Positions 5,485-15,037 of a stretch of 26,132 nt of DNA are shown one piece after another. The position numbers and the translations under genes were made by a program. Position 1 is the stretch's first letter; the number at the start of each line of letters is the position of its first letter. Source of the DNA: a virus (Duplodnaviria; Caudoviricetes); IMG/VR virus record IMGVR_UViG_3300022179_000438, positions 1-26,132 of that record. One strand, given 5' to 3'. Under the pieces are notes generated by a model. The model saw nothing but the letters and a program-made list of their open reading frames with translations, was not told the DNA's origin and did no database searches.

Positions 5485-7848
5485 CTACTTAGTATTACGA
5501 AAAGGCGATACATTTCCTTCGACCTTTACTGGTTCGATTGCCCGTCTTAGATCTGATTTAGACTCATGTTGGCGGTCAGGCCGCACATAGATGTGACGCT
5601 TGGTCGGCAGCTCCTCCGCCGCACACATCCCCATATCAACCCAGCCAGCCTCCGCGAGCGCGTGCAGTAGCGCGGGCTGCGGGATCTTGAGGCCAGAGGG
5701 TGCGATACCTGGCCCCATAAGCATCTCACAGTGCCGATACCAAGGGCCAGCGATAACGCCCGACTCGAACGGCGCGGCGCGCATCTCGATCTGATGCAGG
5801 ATGAAAGCCTCTGCCGTGGACAGACCGCCGACGATCATGGTGCGCTTGTAGTCTGTCTCCATAGGCGCGGCGGATGGGTTGAACTTCGACACATCACGCG
5901 TGTGCAGCCAAGACCCAATCGCCTCAAAGCCGCCGTTGTTATACCAGCCCCACATTTCCTGCGCGGCTGCGGGCGTCAGGCGGTCGCAGTTCGACCATAT
6001 ACAAAACCAACGACGATCCTGCGTAGGAAGAGAAATCGGGATCTCGTCATTAGAGAACGCTAGGACGAAAAGTCGATTGAGCATGTCGTAAGGGTGCAGA
6101 TTTTTACGATTGATCGTAATCACGTCCGGCGGCGCGGCGATGATAGGCTTCAGCTTGTTCGCCAGCGCGCGACGTTGCGCGGCGTCTGGTTCCTTCAGCT
6201 CGTTAAGAACTAGGATCTCGCTTTCCAGCGCGTAGCCCCACTGCGACGACAGCCCGTCATTGTCGATCAAACCGTAGTTCTTTTTATTCGGGCCACACAC
6301 AGCCCAGATAAACGGAGCCCACATCGTATCTTTGCCGCGACCCTCCTTGCCACCGTGTAGCACAGCATGATTGATTTTGACGTTAGGGTGTTGAATTTTG
6401 CAAGCCATCATATCGAAAACGTGATTGCGCTCACGCTCGTCTGGGATCAGCGTCTCGCAATGTTTCAGCCAAAGGCTTACGTCGCCCTCTTTGCCCTTCA
6501 CGTCGGGCCGCGCGTTGCGCCAGCGATTGCCATAGACAAGACCGTCCTTGTGAACCAGATCGGACTCACCTGCCGCGTAAGTAATACCCTTCAGCGTATA
6601 TTCGCACGTACTCTCGCGGTGCTCATCGTAATACACTGACGCCTCGATGCGGCGCGGCTTTAGCCCGTTAACAGACACACACGAAACGCCGCGAAAGATC
6701 GCGTTAAACGTGCCGCGCGAATATTCGATGCAAGACTCTTTATCAAAATAAGAATCATCATCCATCACATAGAAGAAACGCTTGAACCAACTCTCTTGCT
6801 CAACACGTCCGGCTTGAAAGCGTTTAACATCCGCAATACGTTTGTCTGCGCTGTCTTTAAACGCGGTGTTCTCCGGCAGCGCCTTTGCCAGTCGTTGCAT
6901 GTTCTCGTTTATCAGATCTTCGCGCAGCCCTGGCATTGCCTTTGGGCCACCTTGTTCTGCAATCCAATTACAAAAGAACTTGCTGTCTATCTTCTCGCGG
7001 CAATGACCGTGAAAACACGTAAACGCGCGCATTGACGGGTTATAATAGCCGACGTTGCTGCCGTCGCTGTGTTCTTCTGCGTTAGGACAAATAACGGGAG
7101 CCCACCCATCATGGTTAGGCTCGCCGTGAGCGTGGCCGTTCGCGTTTAACCATTGGAAAACTGCATCTGTGCCTGTATCTTTTACGCGAATAGAAACATG
7201 ATCACCCGTTGCAACGTCAACCGGCGTTACATCAAGCGCAACGCAGATCTCTTCAAGCGTGTATTCAAGATCTAAATTAGATTCGACAAGACGCGCTTTA
7301 AAATTACCGCGCCCCTTCTTAAGATTAACTGAGCCAGGTAGGCGACAGTTACGCACCGCGTTTGATGCGCCAGGGTCGGTATATTCCGCTGCGATAATAG
7401 CTTTGATCGCAGCGTTAAATTCTTCTTTCGTTGGTTGTGTGCTAAATATGTAGCCATATTGAAAAGATCCTTCCGACGTTTCCATAATCCACGACGGCTT
7501 TATCGGCGGCGTCTTAACAACAAATTGTTTGCCGTTGTAAGTTTTTGTTGAACCAATGTCGTCCAACATCATAAACGCAACATAGTCAATGCAGCGTTTG
7601 CTTGCGGATGGTTTGCCTTTAATAAAACGATCTTTGATATAAACGCCTGTATTAATATACCACGACTCGCCATCCTTTATCTTCGCGCGGTGCGGTAGAT
7701 ATGCAGGATAAGAAGAGTTAGGCGCACCGTCGTTGAAATATTCTATCTCGCCATCCTCGCCACGGATCACGACTTGCTTAATTAAAAGCATCGTTTCCGA
7801 TTCATCTTCGGCAAGACTCATAATCTTATTGAGAAAATTATTTTCCAT
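5485..7848 (-). CDS. Primase-helicase (RepB-like/AEP primase N-terminus, Zn-binding region, SF3/DUF5906-like helicase)
   Basis: 787 aa. MMLDDIG and ETSEGSFQYGY primase motifs, CPNAEEH...CFHGHC, Walker A GGKEGRGKD, Walker B LVLNE, motif C AFSN. Confidence 0.85.
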   Translation of the reverse strand: MENNFLNKIMSLAEDESETMLLIKQVVIRGEDGEIEYFNDGAPNSSYPAYLPHRAKIKDGESWYINTGVYIKDRFIKGKPSASKRCIDYVAFMMLDDIGSTKTYNGKQFVVKTPPIKPSWIMETSEGSFQYGYIFSTQPTKEEFNAAIKAIIAAEYTDPGASNAVRNCRLPGSVNLKKGRGNFKARLVESNLDLEYTLEEICVALDVTPVDVATGDHVSIRVKDTGTDAVFQWLNANGHAHGEPNHDGWAPVICPNAEEHSDGSNVGYYNPSMRAFTCFHGHCREKIDSKFFCNWIAEQGGPKAMPGLREDLINENMQRLAKALPENTAFKDSADKRIADVKRFQAGRVEQESWFKRFFYVMDDDSYFDKESCIEYSRGTFNAIFRGVSCVSVNGLKPRRIEASVYYDEHRESTCEYTLKGITYAAGESDLVHKDGLVYGNRWRNARPDVKGKEGDVSLWLKHCETLIPDERERNHVFDMMACKIQHPNVKINHAVLHGGKEGRGKDTMWAPFIWAVCGPNKKNYGLIDNDGLSSQWGYALESEILVLNELKEPDAAQRRALANKLKPIIAAPPDVITINRKNLHPYDMLNRLFVLAFSNDEIPISLPTQDRRWFCIWSNCDRLTPAAAQEMWGWYNNGGFEAIGSWLHTRDVSKFNPSAAPMETDYKRTMIVGGLSTAEAFILHQIEMRAAPFESGVIAGPWYRHCEMLMGPGIAPSGLKIPQPALLHALAEAGWVDMGMCAAEELPTKRHIYVRPDRQHESKSDLRRAIEPVKVEGNVSPFRNTK

Positions 7849-9766
7849 AGCGCGACCCCATTATTTTAACTTCCGCTTCAAGCGGCAGACCTTCGGCCCA
7901 TGACGGGGGCGTGGTCATTATATTATGTAATTTTATTTTATCTTCTTCAGGCGACGATGACTCCAACACAATTTCATCGTGCACATGCAAAACAACATTA
8001 AGATTCTCACGCTCACAACGGCGCAAAGCGTCACGCAAAAGATCATGGGCGGTCGCCTGTGTAACATTCTCACACGCGAGGCCATGCCATAGCTTACCTC
8101 TGGGCCATTCTTCGGCGTCCGCCGCTGGCTTCCAAGATGCCTTTGCATAAGTTAAGTTGCCGTTTTCCTCGAAGCGCGCGAATGGGTAACAAAGCACACG
8201 CCCAGAAGGCAGAGAATACCAAAGGTGTAAGCCGTCGAACAAGTAATTTATTTTACCCGCCGTCGAAACTTCTCCTTTCTTTCTCATCGCAGTCATGTAT
8301 GCGACTTCTAATTCTTGCCAGAAGATAACCGCCCATTGATTAGCCCCACGCCATGCGTTCACCATTTGTCTTGCTTTAGGTGCGGCTAATTTTAATCCGT
8401 AGATCTTACCCATCGCGGCAAACGCGCCAAGGCCACCACCGAACCCACACGCCAGCTCTTGCACTTTACCAACCTGGCGTTGGTCTTTTGATACCTCGTC
8501 GTAAGAAACTTTATACGTTGCCGCCGCATTAGTCTTGTAAACATCTTGACCGTTAATGAACACGTTTAGCTTATCTTGGCCTTTATCGGACAACCACGGA
8601 TTAACGCGGCCTTCGATAGCCGACCAATCGGCAGCAATTAATGCTTTGCCTTTCGCCGCGCAAAGAGACGGGCGCAACATGCCGCGTAAGACATCATTTA
8701 CGCGTCGTCCAAACTTAGGCACTAGATCGCGCGAGAACGCCATTGCCTGCGCCACTGCGTCAGGATCTTTTACACACTCACGCGGAAAGTTGTGAACCTG
8801 TGCGCCATAAGACGACGCGCGGCCTGTGGCGCTACCGCCAGCAAACACAAACGCGCCACGGACGCGGCGATCATCTCCCGCTAAATCGTAAAGCCGATTA
8901 AACTTAGCAACCGATGATGACCATCCGCCGTCAACCAGTTCGATAGCTTCTAACACGTCAGGCTCGACAAGATCCGGCCCCAGCTCCATCAACATTTCGC
9001 GTGTGCGCTTATCAATCGTCGCCTTACCGTCGCGCATGACGACATCATAGGCTTCGTTTGTTACGTTAGCCAAAACCCAATCGCGCATTTTAGTTCCGCG
9101 CGCTGCGGTGACTTCGCCTTTCGTCAAGACATCTATGCGGTTTTGAATCGCCAGCGTTTCCTCGCGGCTATACATGCCCGCCGCGCCGCATGTTATAGTA
9201 TCAACCAACACGCCATGATCATTGATGCGCTCGTTGACGTAGTAATCTGCTAACTCTTCGTCGGTCAGTTCGCGCATCATCTTACTAATGACGCGCATCG
9301 CGCGCACGTCTTGCTCACAATAGGCGATCATCTTGTCTAGCAAGTATGGGCTCTCTTTAAACGTGCCGTCCTTCTGTGGTATGGACAGCTTGCGAATAAG
9401 CGCAGCGCCTTTGTGATCTTTTTTCATCGACGCGCCGTAGAATCTGCCAACGTCTTCCAGTGACCCAGGCGCGCAATTAGCGCGCGCCTGCGCCGCCGTG
9501 CAGTAGAACTGTTCTAATGGTATGTCTAAGCCTAACACATGCTTTATGATCAGCCGCTCAAATGCCGCGTTATGCGCGCGTATCTGTTGCGGTTTCTCTG
9601 ACAAGATGTGCCGCATCTCCGACATGTTTGTTGTCGTCGATACGTTCTCATCGTCGTGTGCAAAGGACATACACAACACTTGTGTTGTCTTGTCTTGCGC
9701 GTAGATATAGACGCCATGCGCTCTTAGATCGCAATGACTGCGCGTTTCAAAGTCAAGCCAGATCAT
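7838..9766 (-). CDS. Family A DNA polymerase (APSE/SPO2-like) with 3'-5' exonuclease
   Basis: Exo I WLDFETRS, Exo II AHNAAFE, Exo III YCEQDV; pol motif A ADWSAIEGR, motif B RQVGKVQELACGFG, motif C HVHDEIV. Confidence 0.95.
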   Translation of the reverse strand: MIWLDFETRSHCDLRAHGVYIYAQDKTTQVLCMSFAHDDENVSTTTNMSEMRHILSEKPQQIRAHNAAFERLIIKHVLGLDIPLEQFYCTAAQARANCAPGSLEDVGRFYGASMKKDHKGAALIRKLSIPQKDGTFKESPYLLDKMIAYCEQDVRAMRVISKMMRELTDEELADYYVNERINDHGVLVDTITCGAAGMYSREETLAIQNRIDVLTKGEVTAARGTKMRDWVLANVTNEAYDVVMRDGKATIDKRTREMLMELGPDLVEPDVLEAIELVDGGWSSSVAKFNRLYDLAGDDRRVRGAFVFAGGSATGRASSYGAQVHNFPRECVKDPDAVAQAMAFSRDLVPKFGRRVNDVLRGMLRPSLCAAKGKALIAADWSAIEGRVNPWLSDKGQDKLNVFINGQDVYKTNAAATYKVSYDEVSKDQRQVGKVQELACGFGGGLGAFAAMGKIYGLKLAAPKARQMVNAWRGANQWAVIFWQELEVAYMTAMRKKGEVSTAGKINYLFDGLHLWYSLPSGRVLCYPFARFEENGNLTYAKASWKPAADAEEWPRGKLWHGLACENVTQATAHDLLRDALRRCERENLNVVLHVHDEIVLESSSPEEDKIKLHNIMTTPPSWAEGLPLEAEVKIMGSRYGK

Positions 9767-10002
9767 TGAACAGTAGTCTTTAATTTTGCCAAGAATTTAG
9801 GATCTTCAGTCAAATATCTTAAATTCTCTATAATACCGTCTCTTGTATCCTTATCAATTTCGGTTAGATATGCGGCTAACATAACACCTAACAAATTCAC
9901 ATTACTGACTAAGCCTTGCGCGGGGTCAAGATCCACTTCGCTATTTAAGATTTTAGCTATCTTATCAAAAGAGTCGAAGTTTATCTTAGTTATATCAATC
10001 AT
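9763..10002 (-). CDS. Hypothetical protein (79 aa, AT-rich)
   Basis: ATG 10002 preceded by GGAGG; stop overlaps the polymerase start (ATGA). Confidence 0.7.
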   Translation of the reverse strand: MIDITKINFDSFDKIAKILNSEVDLDPAQGLVSNVNLLGVMLAAYLTEIDKDTRDGIIENLRYLTEDPKFLAKLKTTVQ

Positions 10003-10243
10003 TGTTATACCCTCCATCAACGCGGCTTCCTAACAGCTCGCCATTAGGCCCGTTATAGACTGTGTAGTTTCCGATCTTCGGCGCGGAGATCACATCATTG
10101 CCAAGATAATAAAAGTTCTCAGTCGGGTAACTTAGCTCCGTTGCCACTGGGCCGTTCGGGCCGTTGAACACGCTGATCTGCTGCGCTTTCAAAGGCGTGG
10201 CGATAAGCAGCGACGATGCGATCAAGAACGAATAGTATTTCAT
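9995..10243 (-). CDS. Putative exported small protein (82 aa)
   Basis: Start at MKYYSF (ATG 10243, GAGG RBS). Signal-peptide-like MKYYSFLIASSLLIATPLKA; internal repeat V[FY]NGPNG twice. Confidence 0.65.
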   Translation of the reverse strand: MKYYSFLIASSLLIATPLKAQQISVFNGPNGPVATELSYPTENFYYLGNDVISAPKIGNYTVYNGPNGELLGSRVDGGYNND

Positions 10244-10331
10244 CTGGCCTCTCATGTTTGTCTGAATATTCTTTAATGGTGAACAGTAAGTCGCCCATCA
10301 GTTGCTTTAGTCGTGCTTCTTTATCCATCAC
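10119..10331 (-). CDS. Hypothetical protein (70 aa)
   Basis: Amphipathic helical sequence starting just after the upstream stop; overlaps the next ORF by 125 nt in another frame. Confidence 0.55.
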   Translation of the reverse strand: MMDKEARLKQLMGDLLFTIKEYSDKHERPDEILFVLDRIVAAYRHAFESAADQRVQRPERPSGNGAKLPD

Positions 10332-10344
10332 AATTCTCTTTAGA

Positions 10345-10647
10345 TTAGTTAATCAGATCTACTATAATCTTTCTTAATTTCTCATTTTCTCTTCGCAGAA
10401 TTTTTATCTGCAAACTACTATCAGTTGTATCTACGCCAAACACTAATTCTTGCGGCGTAATCCCTACATGCGGCGCAATCTTAATCGCCCATTCCGGCGT
10501 CATTTTTCGCCCGCCTGCGTCAGGCCATGCTGCAAGCCGCCAAATTTCTACAGCTTGACATCCAATCTTCTTCGCAAGTTCTTGATTAGTTAGCCCTGCA
10601 TCGCGTATGATATGCTTTAGCCTACTTTTGTTATCTTCGCGTCCCAT
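10345..10647 (-). CDS. XRE-family HTH transcriptional regulator (100 aa)
   Basis: Start reassigned to ATG 10647 (GAGGAG RBS). LKHIIRDAGLTNQELAKKIGCQAVEIWRL...KIAPHVGITPQELVFG, plus a C-terminal coiled coil. Confidence 0.8.
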   Translation of the reverse strand: MGREDNKSRLKHIIRDAGLTNQELAKKIGCQAVEIWRLAAWPDAGGRKMTPEWAIKIAPHVGITPQELVFGVDTTDSSLQIKILRRENEKLRKIIVDLIN

Positions 10648-11219
10648 ACGACTGACTCCTCTATCTTCGTTGGGTCTTTCGCGTCTTGCGTTAAGAACTG
10701 CGTCTTGATCGGCCCAACTCCAAGCGCCATCCAGTAACGCGCGCCAGTCGCGGGCTTGCCGTTCCAATTCTGTAGATAAGTGAACTGGATCACGTCTTGA
10801 TAATAAACGCCAAGCACGTTGATCTGTGAGATGTGTTCTTCAAAATGCACGATCTGCACACCATTGCTTGCGGCGGGCGGCCAGCATTTAAAGAAATCAA
10901 ACTTAGGATAGTCAATATAATCAGATCCAACTTCCTGAAACTCGCCCCAGCCTATCGGCGGGTTGAGCACTACCTTCTTATTGTTCGGATAGTCGTCGCG
11001 CCATTCCGCAACGCCAAAGCCAGGGTTGTAACGATAATACCATTTGTTCAACCATGTGCCTGCGCTGTCATAGTTATTGTAGAGCATACTGTCGCTGCCC
11101 TTGTCATAACTAAACACAGAGATAAACGACGGCGTATCCGGCGCGGTGTAATCAAAGCGGCGAAGTTCGCCTGACTTAAAGAACGGCCAATAGGCCGGTA
11201 TGAATAGTTTATCCGCCAC
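10617..11219 (-). CDS. Hypothetical aromatic-rich, probably beta-sheet protein (200 aa)
   Basis: Long ORF in operon orientation; GTG start overlaps the upstream ORF; family not recognised. Confidence 0.8.
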   Translation of the reverse strand: MADKLFIPAYWPFFKSGELRRFDYTAPDTPSFISVFSYDKGSDSMLYNNYDSAGTWLNKWYYRYNPGFGVAEWRDDYPNNKKVVLNPPIGWGEFQEVGSDYIDYPKFDFFKCWPPAASNGVQIVHFEEHISQINVLGVYYQDVIQFTYLQNWNGKPATGARYWMALGVGPIKTQFLTQDAKDPTKIEESVVWDAKITKVG

Positions 11220-11388
11220 AGCGCACCTTATCCTTTGCTAGAGCTAATCTTGTCCGCGCTGCGCTTGGCGTAATGCTCAAGATCACAGCAATATCTTTAC
11301 ACTTAAAGCCCTTACGAAACAGATCATAAACCTGTTGTTCTTTGGGCGTTAGACGTGTTGCGTCGTTCCAAACTTTACGTTCGGTCAT
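11209..11388 (-). CDS. Small LuxR / sigma-region-4-type HTH protein (59 aa; not in the ORF track)
   Basis: MTERKVWNDATRLTPKEQQVYDLFRKGFKCKDIAVILSITPSAARTRLALAKDKVRCGG; the LTxxE...G....IA..L.I..... pattern of LuxR/GerE HTH domains. Confidence 0.8.
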   Translation of the reverse strand: MTERKVWNDATRLTPKEQQVYDLFRKGFKCKDIAVILSITPSAARTRLALAKDKVRCGG

Positions 11389-11414
11389 CTTCTTATCTTT
11401 CTGTTTGGAAGTTA

Positions 11415-11450
11415 ACGGGGCGGCCCGATGTCACGCGAATACCGCCCCGT
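11415..11450. other. GC-rich hairpin after the SSB-like gene (weak terminator or mRNA stabiliser)
   Basis: ACGGGGCGG (11415-11423) / CCGCCCCGT (11442-11450), 18-nt loop, no strong U tract. Confidence 0.5.
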
Positions 11451-11454
11451 CTTA

Positions 11455-12090
11455 TTAGCCTCGACGGCGGCGGGTCGTGTTTGCCGATTCCGTAGGTGGA
11501 GCTACGTCTTCAGCGCCTTCGCCATCAATGCTAATCCATTCGACCACATCAAACACAGGCGTATAGATCTTGCCATACGTCTTGTGTGGGTAATGATCGC
11601 TTAACAGTTTTACAACTGCAACCAGTTTAGATGGATCTTTGTCAGCTTGATCCGCAACCTTGATCGCCAGCGCGTGCATCGAACGCTTGCCGCCAACTGA
11701 CGTTGTAGCAAAGCGAACTTCCAAGCCTTTATCTTCGCCCGTTAAACACTTGAGCGAAACGCCGACTTGTGGTTGCCAACCAGCCTGCGCGCCTGCGGGT
11801 GGCGGATCAAGTTCAGGAAGCGGATCCGCGATGTTAACCATCTTCTCCGCAAGAACTTCACCCGTTCCCCAAGCGATATAACCATGAACGAACGAATAAG
11901 GATTGATCGCCCATAGTGTATCCTTCTCAACCTCCGTTTGATCCGCGCCATACACCCAATGACCCGTGCGATCCATTTTGAGGATTACGGAACCAACAGG
12001 CCCGACATCCGCTTCAATAGCGCGCAATGCAGTGGACAATGACTGCGGTGAAGGAAGATTTGCACCACCAAACTTTACTATATTTGACAT
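11455..12090 (-). CDS. Putative single-stranded DNA-binding/annealing protein
   Basis: 211 aa between the DUF2800 nuclease and the polymerase; YPHKTYGKIYTPVF motif and acidic/low-complexity tail. Function inferred from synteny. Confidence 0.6.
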   Translation of the reverse strand: MSNIVKFGGANLPSPQSLSTALRAIEADVGPVGSVILKMDRTGHWVYGADQTEVEKDTLWAINPYSFVHGYIAWGTGEVLAEKMVNIADPLPELDPPPAGAQAGWQPQVGVSLKCLTGEDKGLEVRFATTSVGGKRSMHALAIKVADQADKDPSKLVAVVKLLSDHYPHKTYGKIYTPVFDVVEWISIDGEGAEDVAPPTESANTTRRRRG

Positions 12091-13193
12091 TACTTTACCT
12101 CAAGTTTAGAGAACGCGGCCCGCAACTGCGAACCGACTTGCACCACTGACGGGCGCGGATCTGACTCCGGCGCGATAGTGTTGCCCGATGAGATAGCCGC
12201 GACATGATCTTTAGGTAACGCCAACTTATGCTTTTTAAGCGCCTTTTCGGCTTTCGCTGGCGAGATCAACGCCGTCTCTATCAATTCCGAATCATCAAGT
12301 CCCATTTTTCTAAGAGCTTCCAATGCGCCTTCTTCATCGACCCATTGTCTGATGGCGCGCTTTGGCACAAGTTTAAATCCTGGGATTGTGATGTTGTTTT
12401 CAAGCGCCTGTTGCGCCATCTCTCGAACGGCTTTGATCCAATCTTCAAGACGGTCTGCCATAATGAGCGCATTGCTGTAGCCTTCAGGCGTTATGTTGTT
12501 AAGTTGTGTTTTCAAGGCGCGCTCCACTTCGCCAGAGAGTAATGGACACATAGCTTTTGCCGCACACCAACGGCACCAATCGCCCGCGTTAAGCGGCGCG
12601 TTAGGCATGAACGCAAGCTGCACGGCGTCGTAAAGATCGCGCTCAAACTGTTGGATGCGCTCTTTAGTCGTCGTCCAAACGCGAACGCTTGGCGGCTGGA
12701 CTATGTAAAGTTTTACCTCATCCGTTCCTTCAAACGCCCATTTCGTCTCTGGCGTTCGCATGGCTGCGGCTGCGTAAAAAAGAAGCTGATCATTTTCTTC
12801 GGGAAAGACTTGAACCCAATCACCAAACTTCCAATCAACCAGAATTGTAGTAGACCGTAAACGACCAAGAAGGTCACAGGAGCCAAAGACGTTTGCAAGA
12901 AAATCCCCAAAATGCACCCGACATTCCGTTTGAAATTCGAGTTGGTTATCTGGATCAATTTCGCCTAATGCTTCAATGGCAAAATCAAGTTTAGCGCGAC
13001 CCTCAACACTAAGAGGAAGATCATCTGCATTAGCATCGAAGGAAAGAACTTGGTGAACCGCGTCATGTAGTTTCGTTCCATCGTCAGCGTATTTAGATGA
13101 GGGTTTAGGAGGTGCGTTCTGGCATAGCTTCACGCTGCCAGGACACTGAAGGACGCGCTTCGCAGTTGAACCGCCGACTATATTACTGTGCAT
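12090..13193 (-). CDS. DUF2800 / Cas4-like PD-(D/E)XK exonuclease
   Basis: GSTAKRVLQCPGS, GTKLH, FGSCD...DWKFG, QLLFYA, and C-terminal CRWC...CP (Fe-S staple pattern). Confidence 0.85.
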   Translation of the reverse strand: MHSNIVGGSTAKRVLQCPGSVKLCQNAPPKPSSKYADDGTKLHDAVHQVLSFDANADDLPLSVEGRAKLDFAIEALGEIDPDNQLEFQTECRVHFGDFLANVFGSCDLLGRLRSTTILVDWKFGDWVQVFPEENDQLLFYAAAAMRTPETKWAFEGTDEVKLYIVQPPSVRVWTTTKERIQQFERDLYDAVQLAFMPNAPLNAGDWCRWCAAKAMCPLLSGEVERALKTQLNNITPEGYSNALIMADRLEDWIKAVREMAQQALENNITIPGFKLVPKRAIRQWVDEEGALEALRKMGLDDSELIETALISPAKAEKALKKHKLALPKDHVAAISSGNTIAPESDPRPSVVQVGSQLRAAFSKLEVK

Positions 13194-13217
13194 ATGAATC
13201 TACCTTTCGTGATTCGG

Positions 13218-13246
13218 AGACTAGACTGTAAAAGAATTTTATGCAA
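13218..13246 (-). promoter_or_regulatory. Candidate sigma70 promoter of the replication operon
   Basis: Minus strand TTGCAT-N17-TAGTCT in the 63-bp divergent gap; AAGGT RBS before ATG 13193. Confidence 0.55.
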
Positions 13247-13256
13247 CAAGTTTTTC

Positions 13257-13550
13257 ATGGTTGATTTGGAAAAAGATGTGGAACGCTACTTTGTCAAGAC
13301 AGTTCAATCACTTGGCGGCGTCGCGTTCAAATTTAACAGTCTCTCAAACCGTGGCGTTTCTGACAGAATTGTCTGTTTACCAAACGGTGAGACGTGGTTT
13401 GTAGAACTGAAAAAGGACGGCGGCAAGCTATCCGCGTTGCAAAAGTTGTTTGCCGACGACATGCGTAAATTGAATCAGCGTTATGCGTGCCTTTGGAACC
13501 GCGAACAAGTGGACAGGTGGGCTTGTGAAATTACGACCGTATCAAGATGA
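13257..13550 (+). CDS. VRR-NUC domain nuclease (resolvase-like)
   Basis: Start reassigned to ATG 13257. LEKDVE...GG...KF...GVSDRI...FVELK...LSALQ pattern. Confidence 0.9.
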   Translation: MVDLEKDVERYFVKTVQSLGGVAFKFNSLSNRGVSDRIVCLPNGETWFVELKKDGGKLSALQKLFADDMRKLNQRYACLWNREQVDRWACEITTVSR

Positions 13551-14820
13551 AGCCGCAGACTTTTTATTTGCGCGCGACCGCGCAATGATTCTTGCGCCAG
13601 TCGGCGCGGGAAAGACCGCGATCACACTGACGGCAATGACTGAACTGCTTGCGCGTGGTCTTGTTGATCGTTGGCTAGTGCTTGCACCAAAACGCGTTTG
13701 CACTGATGTCTGGCCTGTTGAAGGCAAGAAATGGTGTCCAGAGTTTGAAATCGCCGTTGCCGTCGGAACGCCAGCGCAACGCAAAGCCGCCTTTGATTCA
13801 GACGCAGACATCGTGGTCACAAACTATGACAATATTACTTCACTCGATCTTAGTAATTTTACTGGCTTTGCTGGCGTTGTATTCGACGAACTTACGAAGT
13901 TAAAAAACCCAAGCGGCAAAAGGTTTAAACACCTATGGGGCTTGATTGATAAGTTTAACGTGCGTTGGGGTTTGACAGGATCATTCACGTCGAACGGCCT
14001 CGAAGACGTGTTCGGCCAATGCAAGATCATAGATCAAAAATTATTAGGCCGTAGCAAAGGCGCGTTCCTGCAACAATACTTTCACATCATAAACCGCGAG
14101 TTCAATCAATGGTCGCCAAACAAAGGCGCGCTTGAATATGTGATGGCCGCGATCAAGCCCGCAACATATGTGCTTGAGCCTGGGGAATACAAAGACAAGT
14201 TGCCACCGCTCAACATTGTGAAGATGCGCTGTAGCATGGACGATTATGACGTTTATCTTGCCATGAAAAAGAAATTTGTCTTGGAGTTACGCGAACAAGT
14301 GATCTCCGCGCCGACAGCGGCGGTAATGACTCAGAAACTGCAACAGCTCGCGGGTGGGTTCGTTTATGGCCCAGAAGGCCCGACGCGGATTTCAGACCAC
14401 AAGTTCGACATGCTAGAAGATATTCTTGACGAAAACCAACACGACAACACAATCATTGTCTACAATTACCAAGAAGAACTTGCCGAACTCAAACGACGTT
14501 ATCCACAACTCTCTACAATGGACGACAAAAACGTCGTTGACAAGTGGAACAAAGGTGAACTCGAACTATTAGCCCTGCATCCAAAGAGCGCAGGTCATGG
14601 GCTGAACCTGCAACACGGCGGCAATAAAATGATCTGGCTGTCATTGCCGTGGTCGCTAGAACTTTATGAACAGACAATCGGGCGCATACATCGCGGCGGA
14701 CAGACGAAAGATGTTTGGTGTTACCTCATCATGTGTAATGATACTATTGACAGTGGGATTTTAGAGGCGCTGCATAACAAGCGCAAAATAGCGGAGTTAG
14801 CCTTAGATGAATTGGCGTGA
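13525..14820 (+). CDS. SNF2-like superfamily 2 helicase
   Basis: Likely GTG start at 13525 (MKLRPYQ). Q motif, Walker A GAGKT, FDEL, LTGS, GHGLNLQ, QTIGRIHRGGQ. Confidence 0.9.
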   Translation: MKLRPYQDEAADFLFARDRAMILAPVGAGKTAITLTAMTELLARGLVDRWLVLAPKRVCTDVWPVEGKKWCPEFEIAVAVGTPAQRKAAFDSDADIVVTNYDNITSLDLSNFTGFAGVVFDELTKLKNPSGKRFKHLWGLIDKFNVRWGLTGSFTSNGLEDVFGQCKIIDQKLLGRSKGAFLQQYFHIINREFNQWSPNKGALEYVMAAIKPATYVLEPGEYKDKLPPLNIVKMRCSMDDYDVYLAMKKKFVLELREQVISAPTAAVMTQKLQQLAGGFVYGPEGPTRISDHKFDMLEDILDENQHDNTIIVYNYQEELAELKRRYPQLSTMDDKNVVDKWNKGELELLALHPKSAGHGLNLQHGGNKMIWLSLPWSLELYEQTIGRIHRGGQTKDVWCYLIMCNDTIDSGILEALHNKRKIAELALDELA

Positions 14821-15037
14821 ACTAAACGAAGTTATCAACGGCTTTACAGAACAAGAGGTATGGAACCTTTTGGCGGACGAGCGCCGAAACGCTCGCAGGT
14901 CAACGGTGCTCATCAGACTACATCAGCGATTTACAACGCTGCGTATGATGCGCGAACGGGCCGAATTGATAGGGGAAATAGATGAATCCGCACGATCTAC
15001 TACAACAAGCCAGCGAAATCATAAGCGAGCGCGGTGA
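14807..15037 (+). CDS. Hypothetical protein (76 aa)
   Basis: GGAG RBS; overlaps the helicase stop; operon orientation. Confidence 0.7.
   Translation: MNWRELNEVINGFTEQEVWNLLADERRNARRSTVLIRLHQRFTTLRMMRERAELIGEIDESARSTTTSQRNHKRAR

Noticed and set aside
12090-13193. Cas4-like nuclease as evidence of a CRISPR or anti-CRISPR system
   Set aside because: DUF2800 nucleases are a routine part of this replication module, next to SSB and polymerase.
14499-14507. Perfect DnaA boxes TTATCCACA (here and inverted at 25794-25802)
   Set aside because: Isolated, inside coding sequence and not clustered; too few to distinguish from chance.
14747-14775. TTGACA near the end of the helicase gene as an internal promoter
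   Set aside because: No acceptable -10 hexamer at 16-18 bp spacing.
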